Shown here piece by piece: positions 1 to 9,898 of a stretch of DNA of 64,000 bases. Location of the stretch: the NCBI GenBank assembly GCA_018696595.1, contig JABHQW010000003.1, forward strand, positions 160,001 through 224,000. Reading direction: 5' to 3'. This stretch comes from Candidatus Woesearchaeota archaeon. Its GTDB lineage: Archaea > Nanobdellota > Nanobdellia > Woesearchaeales > GW2011-AR9. Every line of letters begins with the position of its first letter. Position 1 is the stretch's first letter. Under the pieces are notes generated by a model, which saw only the letters and a program-made list of their open reading frames with translations, was not told the origin of the DNA and ran no database searches. The translations under genes and the position numbers were made by a program.

Positions 1-945
1 AGTGAACGAGGCTATAAAGGTACAAGAATGTGGGCTAAAGATGGAGAAAAATATAAACTGATAGCAGCTGCAGATTTTCCTAATGTCCTGTTAGAAAAAG
101 AGCCAAGTTTTATACCAAATAATGGTTTATTAGAAAAAATACTTCAACGCGAAGGCAAGTCTACTTATTTTAAAGATGCTACAAAAGAAAATACGTTAAT
201 GACTGGCCCTTTTGATCCACTTAATTCTGTTTTGGCTAGGTATCCTCAAGCAGTTAATATGTTAGCTTTTCCATATTCCAGTTTCTCTAATCTTAAAACA
301 TTAAAAGATTTTAAAGGATTAATGGTAGTAAATTATGATCCTGCAGATCCTAGAGATATTGAACTAGATGAAAATGGGAAAGTATCTTCTAATGAAGATA
401 GATTTTTAGGAAGAATTGCCAAATGGGTAGTAGCAGACAAAGTTGTACGAATGATGGAGCTTAACAGAGAAGGACTAACTGGTTTATACGAAGTAACAAA
501 ATTCCACAGAGATTGGCACAGATATGTTAACCGTTTTCATCTTACTGGCGAAACACAAGGATTGATAACAATTGATATTGATCATTTTAAAGAAATCAAT
601 GATACTTATGGTCATTTAGTTGGAGACGAATTTATTCAAGGTCTTGGAAAAATGTTTAGAGGGATGGAAAGTAAAGATATCCGACTATATCATCCAGGAG
701 GAGATGAATTCGCTGTAATTGTTAGAGGAAATATTGAATATGTTAAACAGTTAGGAGAAGAAATCTTACAAAAAGTTAAAACAGTTTGGGTACCTAAGGG
801 AGCAGAACCGCGAACAGCAAGTATTGGAATAGCGATGACAGAACCTAGTATAATGAATGGTGAGGAGTGGGCCAAAGGAGCAGATGATGCAGTTTATATG
901 GCCAAGGAAAACGGCCGAAACCAAGTTTGTATTTATCAAAAGTAA
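1..945 (+). CDS. GAF-like + GGDEF (diguanylate cyclase-type) protein, 5'-truncated by window edge
   Basis: Frame is open from base 1. Motifs EGLTGLY, IDIDHFKEINDTYGHLVGD, HPGGDEF and ADDAVYMAKENGRNQV; the N-terminal part has GAF-like spacing. Confidence 0.9.
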   Translation, partial: SERGYKGTRMWAKDGEKYKLIAAADFPNVLLEKEPSFIPNNGLLEKILQREGKSTYFKDATKENTLMTGPFDPLNSVLARYPQAVNMLAFPYSSFSNLKTLKDFKGLMVVNYDPADPRDIELDENGKVSSNEDRFLGRIAKWVVADKVVRMMELNREGLTGLYEVTKFHRDWHRYVNRFHLTGETQGLITIDIDHFKEINDTYGHLVGDEFIQGLGKMFRGMESKDIRLYHPGGDEFAVIVRGNIEYVKQLGEEILQKVKTVWVPKGAEPRTASIGIAMTEPSIMNGEEWAKGADDAVYMAKENGRNQVCIYQK

Positions 946-1006
946 TAGAAAGTTATATTAGATAATTCTGTTTTAATAATTAAGTATTGCTAATTATTAA
1001 CTAAAA

Positions 1007-1639
1007 ATGAATCTTAACTACAAACAAATATTCTCAATTCTTGAAAAAGACCATCAAGAAACAATGCTAGAACAGTTTAAACATTATAGCAAATTTCAAA
1101 TGTTAATTGCTACAATGTTAAGTGCTAGAACAAAAGATACAACTACAATCCCGATTGTTGTAAGGATGTTCAGAAAATGGAGAACTCCTGAAGATTTTCT
1201 TAAAGTAAATTTTTTAGAGTTGGAAAAAGAATTATATGGTATTGGATTTTATCGCGTGAAATCTAGGAACATTCAGAAGTTAAGCAAAATGATTATTTCA
1301 GACTTTAATGGAAAAGTTCCAGACACTCTTGAAGGGATGGTTAAACTCCCCGGTGTTGGTCGTAAGACTGCCAACTGTATGTTAAATTATGCTTTTGGTA
1401 AATCAGCAGTAGCGGTTGACATTCACGTACATCGCATTTCTAACAGATTAGGTTGGGTGAAAACTGGAAGTGAGTCTGAAACAGAATTGAAGTTAATGAA
1501 AATTCTTCCAAAAGAATTATGGAACAAAGTTAATATGCTACTTGTTAATCATGGCCAAAATGTTTGTTTTCCTATAAAACCGAATTGTAAAGAGTGTAAA
1601 ATTGTTAAATTATGTAAATTTGAGAAGAAGAATTTATAA
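1007..1639 (+). CDS. nth: Endonuclease III (DNA glycosylase/AP lyase)
   Basis: HhH motif LPGVGRKTA, AVDIHVHRISNRLG, and C-terminal 4Fe-4S motif C-x6-C-x2-C-x5-C. Confidence 0.95.
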   Translation: MNLNYKQIFSILEKDHQETMLEQFKHYSKFQMLIATMLSARTKDTTTIPIVVRMFRKWRTPEDFLKVNFLELEKELYGIGFYRVKSRNIQKLSKMIISDFNGKVPDTLEGMVKLPGVGRKTANCMLNYAFGKSAVAVDIHVHRISNRLGWVKTGSESETELKLMKILPKELWNKVNMLLVNHGQNVCFPIKPNCKECKIVKLCKFEKKNL

Positions 1640-1663
1640 ATTAGAATCACCCTAAATTATTTA

Positions 1664-2593
1664 ATGGTAACAGATAGCCGGATTGAAAAGTTATGTGGTG
1701 TTTATGAAGTTTCTCCAAGATATTTTCCGTTATCAGGAACTAATGAAAATAATAATAAAGAAAATGTTATCAACAATATCTCAAGTTTCTTTAGTAATGG
1801 TTATGTAAGAAAATTATTGTTAGAAGCTAAAGATACAATTTTTTCAAGAATAGACACACCAAATCCGAAATCAAGGTTTCGTGAAACATTAGAAGAAATC
1901 ACTAAGTTCATGTACGGAATATCTACTGAAAAAGATTTTTCAGTTATTAGAAGTTCAGGTGAAATGCGTAAAGAATTAGCTCGTTATAATAGAATTGATA
2001 AAAAGTCTAGTGCCACAGCAAAAAGAATTAAGAAACGTCTTATTGATTTATTTGGGGCTTATCAGGAAGAGTTTGTAAAATATGGCATTAGACCATGCGT
2101 TTTTGGATCATTACGTTACGGTGATGCATCAGAATATTCTGACATTAATTTAATGTTTTTAGTATCATCTCCAAAGAATATGGGAGATAATGAAGAATAT
2201 CAGAATAAAGTAAAAGTAATTGTAGAAGAAGCTGAAGCTAGAATCAATAATTTTTATGGGAATGAAGATAAAAATAAAATAAGAGATGTAGAAAGGGCTG
2301 AACAACTTATTGTAGATTTAAACGATTTAAATTCAGTATTAATTGATGTTGAGGAAGGAGAAACAACCTGTTTTGAAGACTACCAATTTGAGGATAATGA
2401 CTTTTATCCATACAGTTGGATCATTGAAGGAATTCCAATGACTTCAAGGTTGGGCCACATAGAACGTGAAACCAATTATATTAAAAATAAAATGAAAAAA
2501 TGTGCAAGTAAAGATCCAATCTTTGAATTATTATTATGTTTAAGTTACTATTTCTCATTAGAAAAAAGAAAACAAAATTTATGCAGAACGTAA
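1664..2593 (+). CDS. Pol-beta superfamily nucleotidyltransferase-like protein
   Basis: VFGSLRYGDASEYSDINL matches hG[GS]x9-13DxD, except that the second Asp is Asn. Confidence 0.55.
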   Translation: MVTDSRIEKLCGVYEVSPRYFPLSGTNENNNKENVINNISSFFSNGYVRKLLLEAKDTIFSRIDTPNPKSRFRETLEEITKFMYGISTEKDFSVIRSSGEMRKELARYNRIDKKSSATAKRIKKRLIDLFGAYQEEFVKYGIRPCVFGSLRYGDASEYSDINLMFLVSSPKNMGDNEEYQNKVKVIVEEAEARINNFYGNEDKNKIRDVERAEQLIVDLNDLNSVLIDVEEGETTCFEDYQFEDNDFYPYSWIIEGIPMTSRLGHIERETNYIKNKMKKCASKDPIFELLLCLSYYFSLEKRKQNLCRT

Positions 2594-2824
2594 AATCCTT
2601 ACTAACTTAAAACCAGCCACTGTTAACCAAACAACGTTAAGAATTATAAACGGCAAAGAGTTTAATGAAAAAGCGTAATAGATTAATAGGAAAGCACCAA
2701 TGATATTAAGAACATTATATTGAACAGTATCTTGATTAAACTTTCTTACAAATTCGTCAAGAATAAAAGCAGCTAAAATAAATAACATCCCTAAAGTTCC
2801 AATAATTAAATTAATGTTTAACAT
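2579..2824 (-). CDS. Small three-helix membrane protein (CBU_0592-like)
   Basis: 81 aa, three hydrophobic segments, YNVLNIIGA and FIILNVVW motifs. Confidence 0.65.
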   Translation of the reverse strand: MLNINLIIGTLGMLFILAAFILDEFVRKFNQDTVQYNVLNIIGAFLLIYYAFSLNSLPFIILNVVWLTVAGFKLVRILRSA

Positions 2825-2826
2825 TT

Positions 2827-3420
2827 TTATCTTTTCTTTTTTATTTGGGTTTCCTTAATCAAAGCAACCATATGTTTCCCAATATGCCTGGAAATAGTTT
2901 TATGTTTTTTAGATGTTTGTACTAAATTATCAAGATATTTTAAGTGAGGTAAATCCATAAAGAATAAAGTTTCTTCTAATGAAAGCTTCTTATGTAACAA
3001 ATCATTAATTTCATGGTACTGACCAGAGAGGTTGGCGACTTTCTTTTCAAACTGTTGAATATCCGTTAATGTTTGTTTTAAATTCATAAAATCATCGTTA
3101 AGTAAACTGTTAGTGATTACTTTTGACTTATTCTGGTCACCATTAAAGGTAGTAAGTTTTAGTTCAATTAAATATCTGGAATAAGTTTTCAATTTATCAT
3201 TAATCATTTGATCTTGTCCTAAAGAATTAATGTGTTTATGTACTGTATCTAAACGATGTTTAAGTTCTTTTTTAGTATCTTCATCTAAGTTTTTAATGAA
3301 AGACAAATGTTTATTTGAAGTCTTTCTTAACGGTTTAATCCAATTCTTTTTGAAGTTATCAGTAGTTTCAGAAATGTTTGTTAAAGATTCAGTTTCTCGT
3401 CTAATTTCGCGTAAATCCAT
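2827..3420 (-). CDS. Hypothetical helical/coiled-coil protein
   Basis: 197-aa ORF tightly packed in the minus-strand run. Confidence 0.7.
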   Translation of the reverse strand: MDLREIRRETESLTNISETTDNFKKNWIKPLRKTSNKHLSFIKNLDEDTKKELKHRLDTVHKHINSLGQDQMINDKLKTYSRYLIELKLTTFNGDQNKSKVITNSLLNDDFMNLKQTLTDIQQFEKKVANLSGQYHEINDLLHKKLSLEETLFFMDLPHLKYLDNLVQTSKKHKTISRHIGKHMVALIKETQIKKKR

Positions 3421-3452
3421 TTTATATATTAAACAAACTTGATTTATAAAAG

Positions 3453-4271
3453 TTATGTTTTACTCTCCATTGCTTTCAACAAGTAAATTCTAAACCAAGC
3501 CAAGAAAATAAAGCCAACGATAACACTAACAATTGTTAGAATGTTCTGTTGATATTGGAACTTAAGAGTGAGAGGATAAAGTATTACTGCCAAAACAATT
3601 CCTGTTAATAAAGAGAACAAATAAATCATCCCAAACTGGGACCACTTACCTTTCAATGCTTGAAAAGACTTTCTAATTGCTTTAAAGACTTGATACTCTT
3701 CTGTGAAATACTTATAGGTTAAGAAAACCATTGTTAGCCAAATAAGAGTAAACAGTAAAGTTAGTAAACTATCAAATATTGAAACAATGTTAGGGTTATT
3801 AATTAATCCAACTAAACCCACTAAAATTAATTTTATTAATAGTACAACAAACAAATAAACTAAAAAGATCACCAATAAAATTATGTTTAAAGAGTTCCAT
3901 TTCCAAAACCTTTTTTTGTTAAACTTCTTGTTTAGCAATGTATTCCATAACAAACAACGTGAAAAAGAATAAAAGATTAATGTAAAAGCCAAGAAGGCCA
4001 CTATTCCTAAGATTGAATAAATAACAAAGTGTTGTATCAGGTTAGCATAAGATTCTAATTGTTCCTCGGATGCAGTTACTAAAAACTTTTCTAAATCTGC
4101 AGAAGTATCTTGACCTTGCATTAATTCTAAAGCGTTACTTTCAATCGCTTTCGAAGAAAAGAAAAGTACCCCTATAATGATGAGAAGAAAAATAATGTCT
4201 ATTGCTATGCTAATTAAATGGTTCTTCTTAGGTTTAAAAGAGTTCAAGTAAGTTTTAATATTTTTATTCAT
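3453..4271 (-). CDS. Multi-pass membrane protein
   Basis: 272 aa with about 6 hydrophobic segments; starts 3 nt after the stop of the giant ORF. Confidence 0.75.
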   Translation of the reverse strand: MNKNIKTYLNSFKPKKNHLISIAIDIIFLLIIIGVLFFSSKAIESNALELMQGQDTSADLEKFLVTASEEQLESYANLIQHFVIYSILGIVAFLAFTLIFYSFSRCLLWNTLLNKKFNKKRFWKWNSLNIILLVIFLVYLFVVLLIKLILVGLVGLINNPNIVSIFDSLLTLLFTLIWLTMVFLTYKYFTEEYQVFKAIRKSFQALKGKWSQFGMIYLFSLLTGIVLAVILYPLTLKFQYQQNILTIVSVIVGFIFLAWFRIYLLKAMESKT

Positions 4272-4274
4272 TTT

Positions 4275-7200
4275 TTACCAATCCTGTTTTCTTTTCACAT
4301 CTCCACCAGAAACAGAAGTTGATTCTCCTGAACTACCGTAATCATAATCAACAGAACCTTTTGTTGATTTTTTAAATTTCGTACAAACATTTCCAATAGC
4401 ATTTGGCTCAAAGTCAAATCCACTACTTCGAGAAGCAGTTAGTGGTGCTTTAAACCATTTTATACAAATCTTCTCAATTTTATACTCTGTTGCACTATAA
4501 TGATTAATTTTATCACCATCAGTTTCACCGTTATCTAAATGTACAGATTTACTGTATACTGGTTTTTCGCCAATGTAAACATTAAATGATATGGCGCCAT
4601 CCTCATCTGAGTAAGGTGTTAAAGACTCGTCAAACGGTGCAGAGACACCCCAAGTGATTTTATAAAAGTAACCAACGGTTGGTTCTTCTGCATATTCATC
4701 TTCATAACAAAACATGTCTTCTTCATTACAATAAAGTTTACTTGGACAATAAAATCCCCCTTCTTCATTCTCTACACAAAGCATTGGATTTTTTTCTAAA
4801 GTTTTTTCTGCTTGAATACTTGCTACTGCTTGAAAACTTCCACCAGGAGTTTCAATATAAGCATAATCTGTACCTTGTACATCATAACTTTCTAGTGCAT
4901 AGCAAATTGCTGAGGAATAAAATCTTTCATCTAAAACAGTTCCTGCAAACCATTGATCTATTTCGGAAGCTAATTCGGTTGCATAAGAGTCTCCTAATAA
5001 TGCCATTGAAATTGAATTCCAACCACTAAGATCTAACAAATCATAAACTTGTGCTCCTGTTTGTTGCCATTCAGTATCTCCAGCAAAGAATCTGTGTAAA
5101 GTTCTTGAGGAAGCTCTCTTATCAACATCCGCTTTACATTTATCCTCTCCATCACAAAGTTCATCGTATCCTGCTGCATCATTAGAGAACTTTTTTGAAG
5201 TTTGAGCACATTCCTCTCTGGACTTGCCTTTTTCACAATTATAAATTTCATTATTGTCAGGAGTAAAGAAAATATTCTTTTCACAACCAACCATTTTAGG
5301 ATTCTGTTTACCACAATTGCCATAACCTACCCCAGCATCAATATATCTAAATAATCCAACTGTTCGGGTTTCATAAGTTCTTACGTCATCATCACTTACT
5401 TTCTTATCTTCACCATAATTTGTATCTGATAAATAATAACCATCTTCTTCTAACACATCTGATTCAATATTACTTTCATCACATTCTCCTTCTCCACCTT
5501 TACAAAAAGAAGTCCCTTCATATTCGACATTCCCAATCTTAAATAGCCAAGTTTCAGTTCTTTCTCCATCAGAAGATTCAGTAAAGTCCATCGCTCCAAA
5601 TTCATCGGCAAACCAATTTTGTTTAGGATCATAGATTGAAATCCCTTTATAAAAATCATCACCACTCTTAAAACAAGCTTCTTGTTTTTTACAAGTTCCT
5701 GATACTTTATCAACACCATCACTTGTTTCATCTACTTCAAATTGACGATTAGAAGAATCTTTGTAACTTTTACCATCTTCTGTTGAAAGCATAAAATTAT
5801 TACCATTATAATAATCTGCTTTTTCACCTTTATAATCAATTTTGAAAATATTAGTTTCCTCACCATTCACTTCAGGATTAGTAACTTTAGCTAATTCTTC
5901 ATCTCCAATCTTAGAAGTCATAATTCCTTCTTTACTAACAAATAGTTCTCCAGTCTTTCCATCTTCTCCGCCTACTAACTTTTTAACAATGTTAGAAGGC
6001 ACAGTCATTTGTTTATCTGGATCTGGTTGAAATCCTTTCTCTTTATCAATAGGTGCTTCTGCAACAATAGTATAACCATTATCTAACGCAATAAGTGCAG
6101 TTCCTGAAGTTCCGTGTGGTTGATACCCAGAACCCGCTGTTGCGAAACCTGCCCCTTCCGGAATGTTTAAGTTTTCTAATGTTCCTTGAGGTAAAAAGTC
6201 CCCTTTGCCTGAAGTATCTTTTGCAACAAAAACTTGACCATTTTCAATCCAATATTTAGTTTCTTTTCCTGCTTCTGTTTGTATAACACAACCTGGGGGC
6301 TCACAATTATCTGGAATAACAATTTGACCTGTTTCTTCAGTGATTTTAATTTTTTCTTCGTTAAGTGTAACTAAAGATGTTTCCTGAGACGTTCTTTCTT
6401 TTAACAGATTTTGAATCTCTTCTTGTTTACTAATAAACTGAGCAGTTTCTTCTTCAACCTCTTCTTCTAATCTTAATAATTGATCAGCCAACCATTGTTC
6501 TGCTCCCTTTTGAGTTAAACCACCTTCAGTATAAGCACTAATTTCTTCTTCATATATCATCGGATCATCAAGCCAAGTACTATATCTAGCAATGTCACTT
6601 TGTTTATCATTAATATCTTCTTTAAGTTGTGATGTTTGAGTCTGCAATTCTTCAACATCAACACCAATTTGAGTAATAGCATTTTCTGTTTCTGTAATCT
6701 CTTTAGAAACTTTATTAGCCTGTGCACTCTCACTTACAATTGCTCCAAGGTGAGCTTCTTGAACACTATCATCAATTCCAAACACTTCTCCCCAACCACC
6801 AAGTTTTGCAGTCTCAGAAGTTGCGAGAGTAGCAGCTTTCGCAGCAGCAGCTTGAACTGGAGCATCAGAAGTTATTGTTGTTAGTGTAGGCACATCTTTA
6901 CCTTTTGCTATTAATTGATTCTTTGATGTTCCAGTTAATTCAACAACAATACCATCTTCATTCTGTCTGTAATATTTTCCATCTTCACTTTTCCAATATT
7001 TACATTTTTTACAACCAGCACCTTCTCCAAATAATGTCGCGCCAGTAACTGCCTTAGCTGGAACTTGTACATTTACAACAGAGTAAGAAGTTGATCTTTT
7101 CTGTCGTTCAAGTTTAGGAGGTACAGGTTGACCCTTCATCTTAGTAAGATATCCATTAATATTCTGTTGATCCTCAGGTAATCCATCATATTCCAACTTA

Positions 7201-9314
7201 AAAGCCTCCCAATTACCATTAGATGCTTCTATTGCACTAAGAGCATTATCATGATTGCCACTAAATACTTTCAAATATTTTTCTGCAATTTCTGCAGTTG
7301 CTGTCAGTTGTGCCAGTTCAGTTGCTTCACCTGCATTTTGTGTTAAAGACATATAACTCGCCGCAATCTCAGATTCATAATCTGTAGCCTTAGCAAAATC
7401 CATAATACAATCACCATCACACTCATCAGGGGTACCTGACAATAATTGATTATAAGAGGTAACTATTTCAGCAGCAACAAGTTTAGCATCTTTACCTTCA
7501 ATATAATAAGAGTAAATTGTATCTTCACTGATATCTGGAAAATAATTGTTTGTGAATTCATTTTTATATTGATCCCATTTATCTTTAGTCAATGCATCAT
7601 TCTTACTTGGTTTTATGTTGCCTTTTTTTGCCCAGACTAATTCTCCAGAAAAAGGATCATATTCTCTTATCAAATAACTGCCATCTTTTTTACTTTGTGC
7701 AATTGATCCCACTTCAAATGTAGTACCCGGCTCTTGTTCATAAACAAAATTGTCATCTTCAGAACCAACTTCAATCCCATAACCGGAGAGACTACTAATC
7801 CCAAGAGCTCCTCCTAGAAACTCCCCTATGGGATTTACTAATTTTCCATCCTCACCAATTTCTAAATCATATTCTCCATATTTGCACGTTTTTCCTTTTT
7901 CACACCCTGAAGGTATAGTTTCTAGCTCATAATGAATTGCAAGTGCACTAGTATAATCATTATTCTCCTCATACAATTTAATAGCCGTTTTATAAGCCCC
8001 TATATCTTTCATTATTTTCGCGGCAAGACCTGGATCATTATTTTTAATCGCAGTATTTATTAAATTATGCCCATATAATGTTTTATCTTCATCAGACTTT
8101 GCACGACTATATAACTCCTCATAAAGTTTTGTTGCTTCTCCCCAATCACCGTCTTTCTCTGCCTCAGTTGCTTTAGTTTGAAGAACTTTAGGACCATATT
8201 CAGCTAAAGGATTAACTGGAGCAGCAGCCTCACTTGGTTTTTTAGTTTCAGCAACAGGAGCAACTTCTTCGACAACAGCAGTCTTCGCTTTAGCTGCATT
8301 AACAACATCTACTGCTAATTTCTCTTTAGGGTTTAAAGGGGTTTTTCCTTCCGCCGCTTTAGCATTTTTTAAATGTGTAGCTGCTAAATCTGCCTTGCCA
8401 CCAGAACCTTCTATTACTGCTACTGCTAAATCCGGATCTTTACCGGCAGCATCATAAGCAGCTTGCATTTCACTAACCGTATTACCAGCACCAGAAGCAC
8501 CCTCAACTTTTTTTGCATGACCCAAGTTTCCATCAAAGGCCTCATACATATCAAAAAGAGTATCTTCTGTATTCATCCAACTTTTTTGAGAACTATAATA
8601 TGCTGCCCATTGCTTCACCACTTCTTTATTATAACTTGTTTTTTCGTAAAGTTTAAGTGAACCAGCATTACTTAACCCTAAATTTCCCATTTCTTGAACA
8701 AATTGTGCACCAACATCAACATCACCATCAAAAGTATCTTCATAATCAATTGCAGTTTGAGGATTTGTTTTTGCTCCGGGTACATCTTTCCATTTGTCCC
8801 AAGCGTTCATTCCTTCATTGGTACATGTCCCAGTCGACCCACAATTACTCTTTGAAACAAAATCATCAAATCCTTCAGTAGTTGTAGAGCTTTCCCATAA
8901 ATCATTTCCTATGTTGCCACTAAACCAAAAAAAATCCTCTGAAAATTCCATATTACCTTTAGAATTATAACTTACCCCCTTAAACACATTTGGACCAAGT
9001 TGTTTATGAAAAATCCTTGTTTCACCACCCTTTGTAACAGTACAAAAACCCCCGTAACCATCATCACTAGTAACTTTACTACAAGAAGCATATGAACCCA
9101 ATCCAGTAGCCAATGGCAACCCATCATTCCGATCGAACCAAGCAGTTCCAGCTAAAGCTCTAGCTTCAGAATCACCAACAAAAAACTTAACAGTCTTACA
9201 CCACCAGTTACAATCAGGAACATCTTCAGAAACCTCTTCAATTTCTATCTGACCCAAACTAAACGGACTTAGAACTAATAAAAACACTACAAATAACGAC
9301 ATCATTTTATTCAT
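4275..9314 (-). CDS. Giant (1679 aa) exported protein with TPR-like, coiled-coil and Cys-rich segments
   Basis: N-terminal signal peptide, CNWWCK...ALAGTA motif, acidic composition, paired Cys, uninterrupted 5-kb frame. Confidence 0.8.
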   Translation of the reverse strand: MNKMMSLFVVFLLVLSPFSLGQIEIEEVSEDVPDCNWWCKTVKFFVGDSEARALAGTAWFDRNDGLPLATGLGSYASCSKVTSDDGYGGFCTVTKGGETRIFHKQLGPNVFKGVSYNSKGNMEFSEDFFWFSGNIGNDLWESSTTTEGFDDFVSKSNCGSTGTCTNEGMNAWDKWKDVPGAKTNPQTAIDYEDTFDGDVDVGAQFVQEMGNLGLSNAGSLKLYEKTSYNKEVVKQWAAYYSSQKSWMNTEDTLFDMYEAFDGNLGHAKKVEGASGAGNTVSEMQAAYDAAGKDPDLAVAVIEGSGGKADLAATHLKNAKAAEGKTPLNPKEKLAVDVVNAAKAKTAVVEEVAPVAETKKPSEAAAPVNPLAEYGPKVLQTKATEAEKDGDWGEATKLYEELYSRAKSDEDKTLYGHNLINTAIKNNDPGLAAKIMKDIGAYKTAIKLYEENNDYTSALAIHYELETIPSGCEKGKTCKYGEYDLEIGEDGKLVNPIGEFLGGALGISSLSGYGIEVGSEDDNFVYEQEPGTTFEVGSIAQSKKDGSYLIREYDPFSGELVWAKKGNIKPSKNDALTKDKWDQYKNEFTNNYFPDISEDTIYSYYIEGKDAKLVAAEIVTSYNQLLSGTPDECDGDCIMDFAKATDYESEIAASYMSLTQNAGEATELAQLTATAEIAEKYLKVFSGNHDNALSAIEASNGNWEAFKLEYDGLPEDQQNINGYLTKMKGQPVPPKLERQKRSTSYSVVNVQVPAKAVTGATLFGEGAGCKKCKYWKSEDGKYYRQNEDGIVVELTGTSKNQLIAKGKDVPTLTTITSDAPVQAAAAKAATLATSETAKLGGWGEVFGIDDSVQEAHLGAIVSESAQANKVSKEITETENAITQIGVDVEELQTQTSQLKEDINDKQSDIARYSTWLDDPMIYEEEISAYTEGGLTQKGAEQWLADQLLRLEEEVEEETAQFISKQEEIQNLLKERTSQETSLVTLNEEKIKITEETGQIVIPDNCEPPGCVIQTEAGKETKYWIENGQVFVAKDTSGKGDFLPQGTLENLNIPEGAGFATAGSGYQPHGTSGTALIALDNGYTIVAEAPIDKEKGFQPDPDKQMTVPSNIVKKLVGGEDGKTGELFVSKEGIMTSKIGDEELAKVTNPEVNGEETNIFKIDYKGEKADYYNGNNFMLSTEDGKSYKDSSNRQFEVDETSDGVDKVSGTCKKQEACFKSGDDFYKGISIYDPKQNWFADEFGAMDFTESSDGERTETWLFKIGNVEYEGTSFCKGGEGECDESNIESDVLEEDGYYLSDTNYGEDKKVSDDDVRTYETRTVGLFRYIDAGVGYGNCGKQNPKMVGCEKNIFFTPDNNEIYNCEKGKSREECAQTSKKFSNDAAGYDELCDGEDKCKADVDKRASSRTLHRFFAGDTEWQQTGAQVYDLLDLSGWNSISMALLGDSYATELASEIDQWFAGTVLDERFYSSAICYALESYDVQGTDYAYIETPGGSFQAVASIQAEKTLEKNPMLCVENEEGGFYCPSKLYCNEEDMFCYEDEYAEEPTVGYFYKITWGVSAPFDESLTPYSDEDGAISFNVYIGEKPVYSKSVHLDNGETDGDKINHYSATEYKIEKICIKWFKAPLTASRSSGFDFEPNAIGNVCTKFKKSTKGSVDYDYGSSGESTSVSGGDVKRKQDW

Positions 9315-9898
9315 TTTGCGTAATTCCCCATAAATAACTTAATAATTTCTTCTTTGTCACCAAAGATGATATGATCTTTAACAATCTCTACACCTAAGTG
9401 TTCTTTTTTATTAACCAATTTTTTAAACCCAGTTAAAGTAAAGTAAAAAATGTTGACTTCAAAAGGATAACGTTTCAAAATTTCAGTAATCTTCTTACTT
9501 TTTCTTCCAATCATAATTAAATCCACATCAGAATGATCTTTAGCCAATCCTTTAGCATAACTTCCAAAAAGAATTAAAGGATAATCAGCAGACAGTTCTC
9601 TCAGTAAGAAAGCAATTTTAGAATGATGATACAAAAAGTTTATTTCTTTATAACATTCGACCATTTGAATTAGAGGATAAGATTTATTCAAATCTAAAAA
9701 GAAATATTTATTTCTGCCCGCTCGGGTATAATCTAACATATTCAATTTTTTTAAATCTTCTAATTTCCTAGCTACAGTTCTTTGAGGTTGCTTAATTAAT
9801 CTAGCAAGTTCACTAGCATGCATCTTCTTACCATAATCTCTAGTAAAAGGTACCAGTAAAACCATGTTCCCTGTAATTTTTTGGCTAATATTAGTCAT
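9311..9898 (-). CDS. wHTH + minimal nucleotidyltransferase (MNT)
   Basis: LILFGSYAKG...SDVDL; N-terminal HTH (HASELARLIKQPQRTVARKL). Confidence 0.85.
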   Translation of the reverse strand: MTNISQKITGNMVLLVPFTRDYGKKMHASELARLIKQPQRTVARKLEDLKKLNMLDYTRAGRNKYFFLDLNKSYPLIQMVECYKEINFLYHHSKIAFLLRELSADYPLILFGSYAKGLAKDHSDVDLIMIGRKSKKITEILKRYPFEVNIFYFTLTGFKKLVNKKEHLGVEIVKDHIIFGDKEEIIKLFMGNYAK

